DNA of 64,000 bases, from positions 23,686 to 87,685 of the forward strand of contig JBFWSG010000004.1 in the NCBI GenBank assembly GCA_050248495.1, read 5' to 3'. The notes below the pieces were generated by a model. The model did no database searches, was not told the DNA's origin, and was given only the letters and a program-made list of their open reading frames with translations. How positions within the stretch are numbered: position 1 is the stretch's first letter; each line of letters begins with the position of its first letter. The position numbers were made by a program, and so were the translations under genes. This DNA comes from Pirellulales bacterium. GTDB lineage: Bacteria > Planctomycetota > Planctomycetia > Pirellulales > Lacipirellulaceae. Positions 51,401-61,618 of the stretch are shown here, in pieces.

Positions 51401-51846
51401 CCGCGCGGTACGTCGATTCGAGCGTCGAGCGGCTGCAGGTGAAGGTCGAAGGCATGACCGACACGCGGCACATCGTCACGTGCAATGGCCGCCAGGTGCC
51501 GCTCCATCCGACCGGCACCCAGGGCGAGTTCGTCGCCGGTGTGCGGTACCGTGCCTGGCAGCCGCCCAGCTGTCTCCACCCGACGATCCCGGTCGACACG
51601 CCGCTCGAGTTTGGTCTGGTCGACACGTGGCAAAACCGCTCGCTGGGTGGGTGCACCTACCACGTAGGCCATCCGGGCGGTCTGAACCCGTCGACTTTCC
51701 CGATCAATGCCTTCGAGGCCGAGAGCCGTCGAGCGGGGAGATTTTTCCGAATCGGCTACCAGGGAGGCGTTTTGCCGCCGGCGCGGGAGGAAACAAACCC
51801 CGATTTCCCGATGACTCTCGACCTCCGCCGCGGACGAAACCGATAG
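48406..51846 (+). CDS. large transglutaminase-like family protein (Bact_transglu_N + transglutaminase core + DUF2126)
   Basis: The N-terminus is [29 protein letters not shown]. The Cys-His-Asp core context is [27 protein letters not shown]...DLHAWAEVY...WIGLDPT. Confidence 0.8.
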   Translation: [1146 protein letters not shown]

Positions 51847-51918
51847 AATTTACGTATCTCGCATGGTTTGCCTCGTCTCGCGTTGTCATCCTTCTAGGCG
51901 TTCAAGGCGGATTTTTAA

Positions 51919-54489
51919 GTGTCAGTTTCGGAGATGCGCTCGGACATAGGATTGTTCGGCCCGTACGCCGGCATTCCGAAACATTTCGACGAAGTGTTTG
52001 CCGCACCGGGCAAACTTCGGACGCATTGGCGTCGCTTCTCCGAACTCACGGCCGCGCTCGGTAAGGAAGAATTCGGCCGCCGCTGGGAGCAGGCCCGCCG
52101 CCTGATCGAGCAGCAGGGTCTCACCTACCCGGACCCCAGCGATCCGACGGGGCAGCGGCGCCCCTGGGAACTCGACCCGTATCCACTTTTGATCGCCGCC
52201 GACGAATGGCGTTCAATCGCCGCCGCGCTGCGCCAGCGGGCCCGGTTGCTCGACCTCGTGCTCCGCGACGTCTACGGCTCCCAGGAGCTGCTGCAGCGGG
52301 GGCTTTTGCCGGCAGAGCTCGTGTATCGCCATCCGAGCTTCCGGCTGCCGTACTGCGGCCAGCTGCCGCCGCACGATCGCTATTTGCATTTTTATGCCGC
52401 CGACTTGACGCGCTCGCCCGACGGCCAGTGGTGGGTGCTGGCGGATCACACCGAAGCGCCCTCCGGCGTCGGCTTCGCGCTCGAAAATCGGCTCGCCATG
52501 TCGCGGATGCTCCCCGAAGTGTTCCGCCAATGCCACGTGCAGCGGCTCGCGCCCTATTTCGTCGCCGTGCGCGAAGAGCTGGTCCGTCTCGCCCCGCAAC
52601 ACTATCGCGACCCGCGGATCGTGATCCTCACGCAGGAAGCGGGCGGCCACAACTATTTTGAAGACGCCTACGTCGCCCGCTATCTTGGCTACACGCTGGC
52701 CGAGGCGGGCGACCTCGCGGTCCGCAACAACCACGTCTTCATGAAAACGCTCGGTGGGCTGCTGCCGGTCGACGTGCTGGTCCGCCGGCCCAACAGCGAC
52801 GAGTGCGATCCCTTGGAGCTCTCCGACCGCTCGGCGTTCGGCGTGGCAGGCTTGATGCACTCGGCCCACACTGGCCGCGTCGCCGTCGCCAACACGCTCG
52901 GCAGCGGCCTGGTCGAATCGCCCGTGTTCATGGCCTTCATGCCGAGCTTGAGCCAGGCGCTGTTGGGCGAGCCGCTGTTGATGCCCGGCGTGGCTACCTG
53001 GTGGTGCGGCGACAAGAAGTGGCGGCCGTATGTGCTGGGGCGGCTCGACCAGCTCGAGGTGCAACACGCCTATCGCCGCCGCGGCTCAGAGCACCAATCG
53101 GCGGCCGAGCTGGCCAGTCTCTCGAAAGCCGAGCTCGCGGAGCGAATCGCCGCCAATCCGACTCAATACATCGCCCAGGAACGAGTGACCCGCTCCACCG
53201 CACCGATCTGGAGCAACGGCAACGCCGCCAAGCCCGCCTACGTCGCCCTCCGCGTGTTCGTCGTGGCCAGCGGCAGCGGATACACGGTGATGCCCGGCGG
53301 ATTGACGCGCGTCTCTTCGTCCCTCGAAACGTTGCGGCTCTCGCTCGTCGAAGGCCATCACAGCAAAGACACCTGGGTCCTCTCCGACGGCCCCGTCGTG
53401 CCGGTCACGCTGATCAAGACCTCCGACGACGAGGTGCCTCTGCGGCGCGGCGGCGTCGACCTCCCCAGCCGCGTGGCCGAGCAATTTTTCTGGATCGGGC
53501 GGCAGGCCGAACGGGCCGAGTCGCTCGCCCGGTTGCTGCGGACCGTGACCATGCGGCTCACCAGCGAAGCCGACTCGACGACGCTCGTCGAGTTGCCGAG
53601 CCTCTTGCGCGTGCTCGCCGAAGGCGGACAGATTGAGCCGGGCTTTGTGGTCGACGAAATTCGCACGCGGCTGCCGGCCATCGAGCGCGTGCTGCCGCTC
53701 GCGGTGTTCGACGACGAGCAGCCGCATGCCCTGCGGGCCACAGTCTCGCAGCTGGCCCATTTGAGCGCGCTCGTCCGCGACCGCATCTCGCTCGACACCT
53801 GGCGAATCCTGCGCCAGCTGGACGAGCAGTTCTGGCCGTCGACGTCGGAAACCGATCTGGCCGATCTGTTGGAAAAACTAAATTCCCTGCTGCGCAACCT
53901 GGCGGCATTCACGGGCCTCGCGCTCGAGAACATGACCCGGACCCAAGCCTGGCAGTTTCTGCAGCTCGGCCGGCGGATCGAACGCGGGATGCAAACCTCG
54001 AACCTGGTCCGCGTGATGCTCCACTCCGGCGGGGCGACCGAACATGCGGTGCTCGAAGCGCTGCTCGAGGTGGCCGACAGCATCATGACCTACCGCTCGC
54101 GGTATCTGGCCCGCGTCCAGCTCGCGCCGGTGCTCGACCTCTTGCTCACCGACGAGTCGAACCCGCGGTCGGTGGCGTTTCAATTGGCCTGCTGCGCCGG
54201 CCACGTCGAGCAGCTGCCGCGCGACCCGCTCGAAGACGACTCGCCGGAAATGAAACTCGTCGCCGCGATGGTCGAGCTGATTCGCAACGTCGACAGCCAG
54301 ACGCTGGCCCGCGACTACATCGCCGGCGACGCGGAGCAGCTCGACGGGCTCTTTGCCCAACTCGAGTCGCTGCTGCCCAAATTGTCGGACGCCGTTTCAC
54401 ACCGCTACTTGCTGCACGTCGGCCCGACGCAGCGGCTGGCGGAAATCGGCGCAGCGGACAGCTTGCATCACGCGGAGCTTGCCGACTAA
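51919..54489 (+). CDS. circularly permuted ATP-grasp domain fused to an alpha-E domain (DUF404/DUF407 + DUF403)
   Basis: Its position between two transglutaminase-like genes is the conserved operon context. It is 856 aa, with the N-terminal half cpATP-grasp-like and the C-terminal half alpha-helical. Confidence 0.75.
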   Translation: MSVSEMRSDIGLFGPYAGIPKHFDEVFAAPGKLRTHWRRFSELTAALGKEEFGRRWEQARRLIEQQGLTYPDPSDPTGQRRPWELDPYPLLIAADEWRSIAAALRQRARLLDLVLRDVYGSQELLQRGLLPAELVYRHPSFRLPYCGQLPPHDRYLHFYAADLTRSPDGQWWVLADHTEAPSGVGFALENRLAMSRMLPEVFRQCHVQRLAPYFVAVREELVRLAPQHYRDPRIVILTQEAGGHNYFEDAYVARYLGYTLAEAGDLAVRNNHVFMKTLGGLLPVDVLVRRPNSDECDPLELSDRSAFGVAGLMHSAHTGRVAVANTLGSGLVESPVFMAFMPSLSQALLGEPLLMPGVATWWCGDKKWRPYVLGRLDQLEVQHAYRRRGSEHQSAAELASLSKAELAERIAANPTQYIAQERVTRSTAPIWSNGNAAKPAYVALRVFVVASGSGYTVMPGGLTRVSSSLETLRLSLVEGHHSKDTWVLSDGPVVPVTLIKTSDDEVPLRRGGVDLPSRVAEQFFWIGRQAERAESLARLLRTVTMRLTSEADSTTLVELPSLLRVLAEGGQIEPGFVVDEIRTRLPAIERVLPLAVFDDEQPHALRATVSQLAHLSALVRDRISLDTWRILRQLDEQFWPSTSETDLADLLEKLNSLLRNLAAFTGLALENMTRTQAWQFLQLGRRIERGMQTSNLVRVMLHSGGATEHAVLEALLEVADSIMTYRSRYLARVQLAPVLDLLLTDESNPRSVAFQLACCAGHVEQLPRDPLEDDSPEMKLVAAMVELIRNVDSQTLARDYIAGDAEQLDGLFAQLESLLPKLSDAVSHRYLLHVGPTQRLAEIGAADSLHHAELAD

Positions 54490-54524
54490 CTTGGAACGGT
54501 AATAGCCGGCAACGCGACGCACCG

Positions 54525-55409
54525 ATGCGATACAACATCCGCCACACCACGATCTACTCCTACACCGATCCGGTGCCGGTTTGCCACAACTTGGTGCATC
54601 TCGCGCCGCGGGACACGCCGGCCCAGTCGTGCCGCGAGCATCGCGTGGTGATCGATCCGCAGCCCTCGGTGCGGGCCAAGCGGCGCGATTACTTTGGCAA
54701 TGACCTGGAGTTCTTCTCGATCCAGGAAGCGCATGAAGGACTGAGCGTCACGGCGATGAGCCTGGTGGACGTGTCGTCGCCGGTGCTGAAGGTCGGCGTG
54801 AAAACTCCGCCTTGGGAAAGCGTCGTTGCCGAGATTCCGGCGAACACGCGGCCGCCGGGACTGGCCGTGTATTTCCTCACGCTGCCCTCGCCGCGGATTC
54901 GCGCCTCGACCGCGCTGGCCGAATACGCGCGGCCCAGCTTCCCCGCCGGGCGGCCGATCTTTGATGCCGTCCGCGATTTTACGGCCCGCATCCACAACGA
55001 CTTCACGTTCGATCCCAAGGCCACTACGGTGAGCACGCCGCCGGAAGAGCTGCTCCAATTGCGCCGCGGCGTGTGCCAGGATTTCGCCCACTTGCAGATC
55101 GCCTGCCTGAGGTCGCTCGGCCTGGCGGCGCGGTACGTGAGCGGCTACGTAGCCACCAATCCGCCGCCCGGAATGCCGCGGCTCGCCGGCGCCGACGCCT
55201 CGCATGCCTGGGTCAGCGCCTTCTGCGGCCCCTTGGGCTGGGTCGACTTCGATCCAACCAACGACACCGTGGTCGGCGATCAGCACATCACCATCGGCTG
55301 GGGCCGCGACTACGGCGACGTCTGCCCGATCCAGGGCGTCTTCATCGGCGGCGGTCAGCACAGCATGCGCGTGGGCGTCGACGTGATCCCGCTGCCGGCG
55401 CTGAAGTGA
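54525..55409 (+). CDS. transglutaminase-like protein (Bact_transglu_N plus transglutaminase core)
   Basis: The N-terminus is MRYNIRHTTIYSYTDPV. The catalytic-Cys context is GVCQDFAHLQIACLRSLGLAARYVSGY...DASHAWV...WVDFDPTN. Confidence 0.8.
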   Translation: MRYNIRHTTIYSYTDPVPVCHNLVHLAPRDTPAQSCREHRVVIDPQPSVRAKRRDYFGNDLEFFSIQEAHEGLSVTAMSLVDVSSPVLKVGVKTPPWESVVAEIPANTRPPGLAVYFLTLPSPRIRASTALAEYARPSFPAGRPIFDAVRDFTARIHNDFTFDPKATTVSTPPEELLQLRRGVCQDFAHLQIACLRSLGLAARYVSGYVATNPPPGMPRLAGADASHAWVSAFCGPLGWVDFDPTNDTVVGDQHITIGWGRDYGDVCPIQGVFIGGGQHSMRVGVDVIPLPALK

Positions 55410-55415
55410 GCCCCG

Positions 55416-58400
55416 CTACTGCGAACCGTTATCGCGGGCGCCGCGGCGGATGGCGGCCAGGCGGTCGCGGAGCGTGAAGGCGTGCGGCTGATGATGGGTC
55501 GCCGAATGCTCGGCCTCGCCGTTTTCGGCGAGCGTCAGGGCCTTCTTTCGCGGCGGTTGCATGATTTCCGGCTCGCGGGCCGCAATCGCTTCGACTGCCG
55601 CCACTCGCTGCGGCAATTCGTCGCGAGCGGAATCGTCCTCTTCGGCGTCGTGCGGCGGATGATCTTCGTGGTCGCGCTTACGCCTCTGCGGCTGAACCGG
55701 AAACGCCTTGCCAAGCGGGCCGGCGAGCAGGGCCGGCAGCATGATCAGCTCGGCCACCATGCCGGCCACGAGAATCGAGAGCATCAGCCAGCCCATTCGC
55801 TGCGTCGGCGTGAAGGTGCTCAAGACGAACACCGACAGGCTCAGACCGCTGACCAGCGCTGCCTGGATCGTTGGCGGCGCACAATGGCGGTAGGCTTTGC
55901 GAATTGCGGCCCGCCGGTCGCGGAGCCGATTAAGATCCTGACGGTACCAGGTGAGAAAGTGAATCGTATCGTCGACCGCCACGCCGAGCGCAATGCTGGC
56001 CGACATCATCGAGCCAATGTCGATGTTGATTCCCAGCCAGCCCATGGCTCCGAAAATCACCAGCACGGGCAGCACGTTCGGCAACATCGCCACCGCGCCG
56101 CCGGCAATGCTTCGCGAGACGAACATCAACAGCGGAGTGATCGTCACGAATGACCAGAACGAGCTCTGCATCAAGTTGTCGAGCAGCGCCCGTTGGGCTT
56201 TGTATACGATCGGGACGACGCCCGTGTAGACGGCCGAAATCGTGTCGGCACTGGGCTGGTCGTGATTGACGATGAACGTGTCGCGCCCGGCGCTGACGTC
56301 CCGGGCGTCGACCACATGGATGCCCGCGTCCTTCAGGTCCTTGATCTGAGCATCGGTGAACGGACCGGCGAGCACCACGCTGTCGAATTTCTTCAGTGCG
56401 TCAAGGAGCTTGTCGCGCTGCGCCTGGTCGAGCTTCGCCAGGTTGTACGAAGCATATTGAATCTTGAGCCGCGCATTCCGCAGAAACATTTTCCAGGAAT
56501 CGGCAAAGATCTGCTGCGAATCGATATCCGCGGCCGAGCTGGTCGAATTGGCGCCGGCCTTGGTCGAAGCAATTGACTTGGAATTCGCTTCCTTCTCGGC
56601 GCGCGGATCCCAGATGCAAACCGTGTCGCCGGCAAACGACTCGCCGGGATGGTCGGCCACGAGCTGCCGCAACACCACCTGCCGCAACCGCTGCGCGGCC
56701 AGGACGGGTTCAACGATGTGCCGCACGCTTTCCACAAACTCGCCGTAGTCAAGATCGCGGAACGCAGCCGCTCGCAGACTCACGCGCCACAGCTCCGAGC
56801 CGTCGCTGTCGTCGGTGGCGAGATAGCCGCTCTTGGTCAGGTTTTTGTGGCTGGCTTCGAGCTGGGCGTTGGTCGTGGTACGGCGACCGACGGCAAACAC
56901 GTCGCGCCCCTCCGGCAGCGGCGGGGCAAACGTGGCCGCGGCCATCGCCGGGCCGACGAGGTCTTTCCCTTCCGGGCCGATCTCCCGCTCGATCGAGTCC
57001 TGAATCCAGGCCACTGTCTCCATCCGCTCCAGGAAGGAGAGCGTTTCCGGAACTTCATCTACGTCGACGTCCAGCTCGTTGTCACGCAGCATGTGACTCG
57101 GGAAGCGGACCACCACTTCCATCGGCACCAGCCGGGCAACATTGTTTTCCAGCCAGCCATAGTCCGTGCGAACGCGGGCCTGGCTGTCGAACAGCTTGAG
57201 CAAGTCGATCGACGTATGCATCATCGTGACGCCATAGCCTACGATGCCGATGAACAAGAAGCAGCCGATCGTTACGGCCGCGTTGTGCCGGATCAAAAAA
57301 CTGCTGACATTGGACCAGACCTGCTCCGACCAGATGGTGCCGGCGTGAGGATCGTGATGCCGATGGTGGTGCTCCTCTTCGTCCTTGTCAGACTTCTTCG
57401 GTAGCCAGGCGCGAGTCGGCCACATTTGTAGCGCCGCAGGCAACAGCGCAAATAACATGATCAGCATCAGGAACACGCCGATCGCCGAGAACACGCCGAA
57501 CTTGGCGATCGGCGCGATGTCGCTCACATACAGCGAACCGAGCCCGATACCGGTGGTCACCGAGCACAATAGCGCCGGCTTCCAGCCCAGGCGAATCGCT
57601 TCTCCCGGCGCGCCTTCGAGACCATGCTCCTTGAGCGCTTCGCGGTAGTAGTTGATCAGGTGAATCGAGCCGGAGATCGCCAGCACATAGAGCATCGACG
57701 GCATCGACATCAACACCGCGTCCATCCTATGGCCCGACCAGTAGACGGCCGACAGCCCCGCGGCGGCGCTTAACATGCCGCAGCCAAACACGATCGCCGT
57801 GAGCCGGATACTCCGCAGCGACCACCAGGCCAGGAGTATGCCCAAAAGACCCGAAATCGCGCCGAGGCGGGCGATCGTGCGGCCCCCCTCTTCGTCGATG
57901 GCCACGTTTTCGACCGGCGGGCCGCCCAGGCGGACTGATTCCATCGGAACGCCGCATTGTTCCAGCGCCTTCCACAAAATGCCCGGCTTGCGCTTCCACG
58001 GCAGTTTGCCGTCGGGGACGCTGCGGCCTAGCACGCCGGGGAAGTTCTCGATCGCGGCGTCCGAGAGCATCACGACGATGCAAGTTTGCTTACCGTCCGG
58101 CCCGATCAGCACATTTTCCAGCCGCTTGTGCGCCTCGGCGTACGGGATCTCCGATGGCTTGGAGGTCAGGTCATTGAGCAGCCGCCGGGCGGTCGTCACG
58201 GCCTGAAACATTCCTTCGTAGCCGGCGGGCTCACCCGGCTTGGGCCTCACATCGGCATTCGGGCCCAACAGAAACTTGGCCAGCCGCTCGATCCGCGGAT
58301 CGTCTGGCTTGGCATCCGGCAGCTCCGGGTTGTCGCCGAGCGTGCAGCCGTCCCAGCTGATCAGCACGAATTGGTCGGCGACGAAATGCTGGCGGAACCA

Positions 58401-58604
58401 GCGAAGTTCCGTCGTCTCGCGGAAGGTCGACGGCAGCCAGTCCTGGACCTTGTTCGTATTGCTCTTTACCGCCTTTTGAGCGCCCTGCAATAGCAGCGGC
58501 GTGGCGAAGGCGAAGAGCATCAAGATGGCTAGCGAATAGCGCGCGTAAAACGGCTTCTGCTGGCTCATTGCGCGATCGCTCGAGTTTCGTTGGACGTTGG
58601 GCAT
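55416..58604 (-). CDS. MMPL/RND-superfamily exporter with two 6-transmembrane-helix bundles
   Basis: Two hydrophobic bundles are each followed by periplasmic domains. A His-rich stretch (EEHHHRHHDPHAG) is present. The size and layout fit an MMPL/HpnN-like transporter. Confidence 0.65.
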   Translation of the reverse strand: MPNVQRNSSDRAMSQQKPFYARYSLAILMLFAFATPLLLQGAQKAVKSNTNKVQDWLPSTFRETTELRWFRQHFVADQFVLISWDGCTLGDNPELPDAKPDDPRIERLAKFLLGPNADVRPKPGEPAGYEGMFQAVTTARRLLNDLTSKPSEIPYAEAHKRLENVLIGPDGKQTCIVVMLSDAAIENFPGVLGRSVPDGKLPWKRKPGILWKALEQCGVPMESVRLGGPPVENVAIDEEGGRTIARLGAISGLLGILLAWWSLRSIRLTAIVFGCGMLSAAAGLSAVYWSGHRMDAVLMSMPSMLYVLAISGSIHLINYYREALKEHGLEGAPGEAIRLGWKPALLCSVTTGIGLGSLYVSDIAPIAKFGVFSAIGVFLMLIMLFALLPAALQMWPTRAWLPKKSDKDEEEHHHRHHDPHAGTIWSEQVWSNVSSFLIRHNAAVTIGCFLFIGIVGYGVTMMHTSIDLLKLFDSQARVRTDYGWLENNVARLVPMEVVVRFPSHMLRDNELDVDVDEVPETLSFLERMETVAWIQDSIEREIGPEGKDLVGPAMAAATFAPPLPEGRDVFAVGRRTTTNAQLEASHKNLTKSGYLATDDSDGSELWRVSLRAAAFRDLDYGEFVESVRHIVEPVLAAQRLRQVVLRQLVADHPGESFAGDTVCIWDPRAEKEANSKSIASTKAGANSTSSAADIDSQQIFADSWKMFLRNARLKIQYASYNLAKLDQAQRDKLLDALKKFDSVVLAGPFTDAQIKDLKDAGIHVVDARDVSAGRDTFIVNHDQPSADTISAVYTGVVPIVYKAQRALLDNLMQSSFWSFVTITPLLMFVSRSIAGGAVAMLPNVLPVLVIFGAMGWLGINIDIGSMMSASIALGVAVDDTIHFLTWYRQDLNRLRDRRAAIRKAYRHCAPPTIQAALVSGLSLSVFVLSTFTPTQRMGWLMLSILVAGMVAELIMLPALLAGPLGKAFPVQPQRRKRDHEDHPPHDAEEDDSARDELPQRVAAVEAIAAREPEIMQPPRKKALTLAENGEAEHSATHHQPHAFTLRDRLAAIRRGARDNGSQ

Positions 58605-58843
58605 CTTGCCGCCGCGACGGTCGTGCTCGACCGCTCGGCGTCCATATCGGGGTCACGGCCCGAAACGGGATTCGGGACCAAAATTCGCCATTCCTTCGGC
58701 GGTTCTATTGTAAACTTGCGGGCTTGCGCGTGTCGAGGCGAGCTATCGGCCGTGGCGTCCGCTGTCTCGAACGGCCATAATCAACGCATAAGCCCCCGGT
58801 GGGGAAATCTTGCCTTTGGATCTCGTCTTAAGGTGCATGACGC

Positions 58844-61582
58844 ATGCAAAGGCCGTGGGTCGCCATCGTTTCGTTTTGGGTAATTTGGGTCGCGGCCGCA
58901 CGAGTGCTGGCAGCCGAAAGCGACGCGATCAATTCGCTACCCGCCGCGATGGACGCCAGCGCCCAGTGGCCGCAGCCCACGAATGTGTCCCGGCCGTGGA
59001 CCCGCTGGTGGTGGCTCGGGTCGGCCGTCGACCCGGAGAATCTGTCTCGGCTATTGGAGACCTATCAGGCGGCAGGCCTGGGCGGCGTCGAGATCACGTC
59101 GATCTATGGCGTCGAGGGCATGGAAGACCGCGAGCTGCCGTTTCTGTCCAACGATTGGCTGAGGGCGCTACGACACACGGTCCGCGAGGCGCAGCGGCTG
59201 GGCATGGGTGTCGATCTCGCGACCGGGTCCGGCTGGCGGATGGGCGGGCCGAGCGTCACGGAGGCTGATCAGAATCTCGAAGTCGTGATTCGCAAAGTCA
59301 CTCTCACGGGCCCCGATGTTTTCGGGCGGCAGTTCCCTTCGCCACCCCAAGCGCTCGTGGCGTATAGCGCGGGCGGCGACACGGTCGACCTGACCGCGGA
59401 AGCGGCAACCAAGGGTCAAGTTCGCTGGGACGTGCCCGAGGGCAATTGGACAATTTACATCGTCGACCAGCGCTGGTCGCGCGACAACGTGAAGCGCCCG
59501 GCCCCCGGCGGCGAAGGACGCAACATCAATCCTCTTTCGCGCCGCTCGGTGGAAAGCTTTCTCGCCTATTTCGGCCACAAACTCGGCTCCCTGCCTGCCG
59601 AAGGCGTCCGCGCCCAGTTCCACGACTCCTACGAATACGAAGGCAACTGGTGCGATGACTTCTTCGACCAGTTCGAGCGACGGCGCGGCTATCGGCTGCA
59701 GGACCATCTGCCGGCGCTCGACGGAGACGCGGATGCCGACGAAGTCGCGCGCGTCAAGCACGACTACCGCGAGACCGTGTCCGACCTGGTGCTCGAGAAT
59801 TTAATCGAACCATGGACGGCATGGTCGCACGAACAAGGGATGCTCGCCCGCAATCAATCGCACGGTTCGCCGGCCAATTGGCTCGACTTGTACGCGGCGT
59901 GCGACATCCCGGAGATAGAAAGCTTCGGGCGATTGGAGGGCGGCGACACGAACCGACTCGTCTTCAAGTTTGCGTCCTCCGCTGCCACCGTAACGGGAAA
60001 GCCGCTCGTCTCCAGCGAGTCGGCCACCTGGCTGGATGAGCACTTCCAAGAAACGCTCGGCGAAGTGAAGGAGATCGTCGACCGACTCTTTCTTGGCGGC
60101 GTGAACCACATCTTCTATCACGGCACCGCCTACTCGCCCGCCGACGCTGCCTGGCCCGGCTGGCTGTTCTACGCGTCGACTCAGTTCAATCCGCAGAATC
60201 CGCTCTGGCGCGACTTCGCGGCGCTGAACGAATACGTCACCCGCTGCCAAGCGGTGCTGCAGTCGACGCGACCCGACAACGACATCCTGCTCTACTGGCC
60301 GATCCACGATTTCTGGCAAGACGAGCGCGGCCTCCGCAAGGATCTCCGAGTCCACAACAGCCGCGAGTGGTTCGACGCCACCGAGTTCGGCGAGACCGCC
60401 CGCTGGCTCGAAGAGCACGGCTATTCGTTCGATTACATTTCCGATCGCCAGATCATCGCCAGCGAAATCGAGGGCGGGAGAATCAAGACGCCGGGCGGCC
60501 GCTACGCCGTGCTGCTGTTTCCCGGAACCAGAACGCTGCCATTGAAAACGGGCCGGGCGGTCAACCGGCTCGCCAAGGGCGGTGCGACCATCGTTTCCTA
60601 CGGCCAGGCGCCCGCCGGCACGCCCGGCCGGAAATTCCGCGACGAACAAGCGGAGTTCGACGCGCTGGCCCGCGAGTTCATGCCCCGGATGAACCGGTCC
60701 GATGGCTTTTCGCGGGCGAGTTTAGGGCAGGGCCAGATCGTCATCGCCAAGGATCTCGACAGAACACTCCAGGAACTCAAAACTCCCCGCGAAGCTTGGG
60801 CAGTAGAGGGCCGGCTCCAATTCCTCCGCCGCAGCTGGTCCGGCGGCAGCGTGTACTTCATCAAAAACGTATCGCCTGAGCCGTTCGACGAACGAATCCA
60901 ACCGGTGACAGATTTCGCCACCGCGCTAATCATGGATCCCGTGGACGGGAAGATCGGTCGGGCCGACTACGATGCCGATACCGGCGGCCTGCGGTTGCAG
61001 CTCGCCCCCGGGCAGGCCGTCTTTGTGAAGACGTATCGCAAGTCAATCGACGCTCCCGGATGGAACTATCAGGCCCCAGCCCACTTGCCTTCCGAAGTGG
61101 AGGGTGAGTGGAGCGTCGAGTTCGTTGCCGGCGGGCCGGAGCTGCCGCCCCCTTTCAAGACACATCGGCTGGCCAGTTGGACGGAGCTCGCAGGTGCTGA
61201 AGGCGAACGCTTTGCCGGCACCGCGCGGTACACCATTCGCTTCGCACCGGACGTCGCTGCCAGGCGTTTTCTCCTCGATTTAGGACACGTTGCGGATAGC
61301 GCTCGGGTGAGCCTCAACGGCAAACCGGTGGCCACGCTCTTCGCGCCGCCCTACCGGGTGGAAATCGGTCCGCTCTTGGCGGAGAATAATACACTTACGA
61401 TCGAAGTCACCAGCGTCGCGGCCAATCGGATTCGCGATCTCGATCGGCGCGGCGTGAAGTGGCGGATTTTCAAAGACATCAATTTCGTGAACATCGAATA
61501 TAAGCCGTTCGACGCGTCACAGTGGCCGTTGCGGCCAGCTGGGTTGTTCGGGCCGGTGACGCTCACGCCACTCGCCGATTGA
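58844..61582 (+). CDS. secreted glycoside hydrolase, possibly GH106 alpha-L-rhamnosidase-like
   Basis: A signal peptide is followed by a PWTRWWWLGSAVDPENLSRLLE...GLGGVEI N-terminal motif typical of that family. The rhaA gene is immediately downstream. Confidence 0.5.
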   Translation: MQRPWVAIVSFWVIWVAAARVLAAESDAINSLPAAMDASAQWPQPTNVSRPWTRWWWLGSAVDPENLSRLLETYQAAGLGGVEITSIYGVEGMEDRELPFLSNDWLRALRHTVREAQRLGMGVDLATGSGWRMGGPSVTEADQNLEVVIRKVTLTGPDVFGRQFPSPPQALVAYSAGGDTVDLTAEAATKGQVRWDVPEGNWTIYIVDQRWSRDNVKRPAPGGEGRNINPLSRRSVESFLAYFGHKLGSLPAEGVRAQFHDSYEYEGNWCDDFFDQFERRRGYRLQDHLPALDGDADADEVARVKHDYRETVSDLVLENLIEPWTAWSHEQGMLARNQSHGSPANWLDLYAACDIPEIESFGRLEGGDTNRLVFKFASSAATVTGKPLVSSESATWLDEHFQETLGEVKEIVDRLFLGGVNHIFYHGTAYSPADAAWPGWLFYASTQFNPQNPLWRDFAALNEYVTRCQAVLQSTRPDNDILLYWPIHDFWQDERGLRKDLRVHNSREWFDATEFGETARWLEEHGYSFDYISDRQIIASEIEGGRIKTPGGRYAVLLFPGTRTLPLKTGRAVNRLAKGGATIVSYGQAPAGTPGRKFRDEQAEFDALAREFMPRMNRSDGFSRASLGQGQIVIAKDLDRTLQELKTPREAWAVEGRLQFLRRSWSGGSVYFIKNVSPEPFDERIQPVTDFATALIMDPVDGKIGRADYDADTGGLRLQLAPGQAVFVKTYRKSIDAPGWNYQAPAHLPSEVEGEWSVEFVAGGPELPPPFKTHRLASWTELAGAEGERFAGTARYTIRFAPDVAARRFLLDLGHVADSARVSLNGKPVATLFAPPYRVEIGPLLAENNTLTIEVTSVAANRIRDLDRRGVKWRIFKDINFVNIEYKPFDASQWPLRPAGLFGPVTLTPLAD

Positions 61583-61618
61583 GCAGGGGACACGACTAAT
61601 GTTCAGGGGGACGGACGA

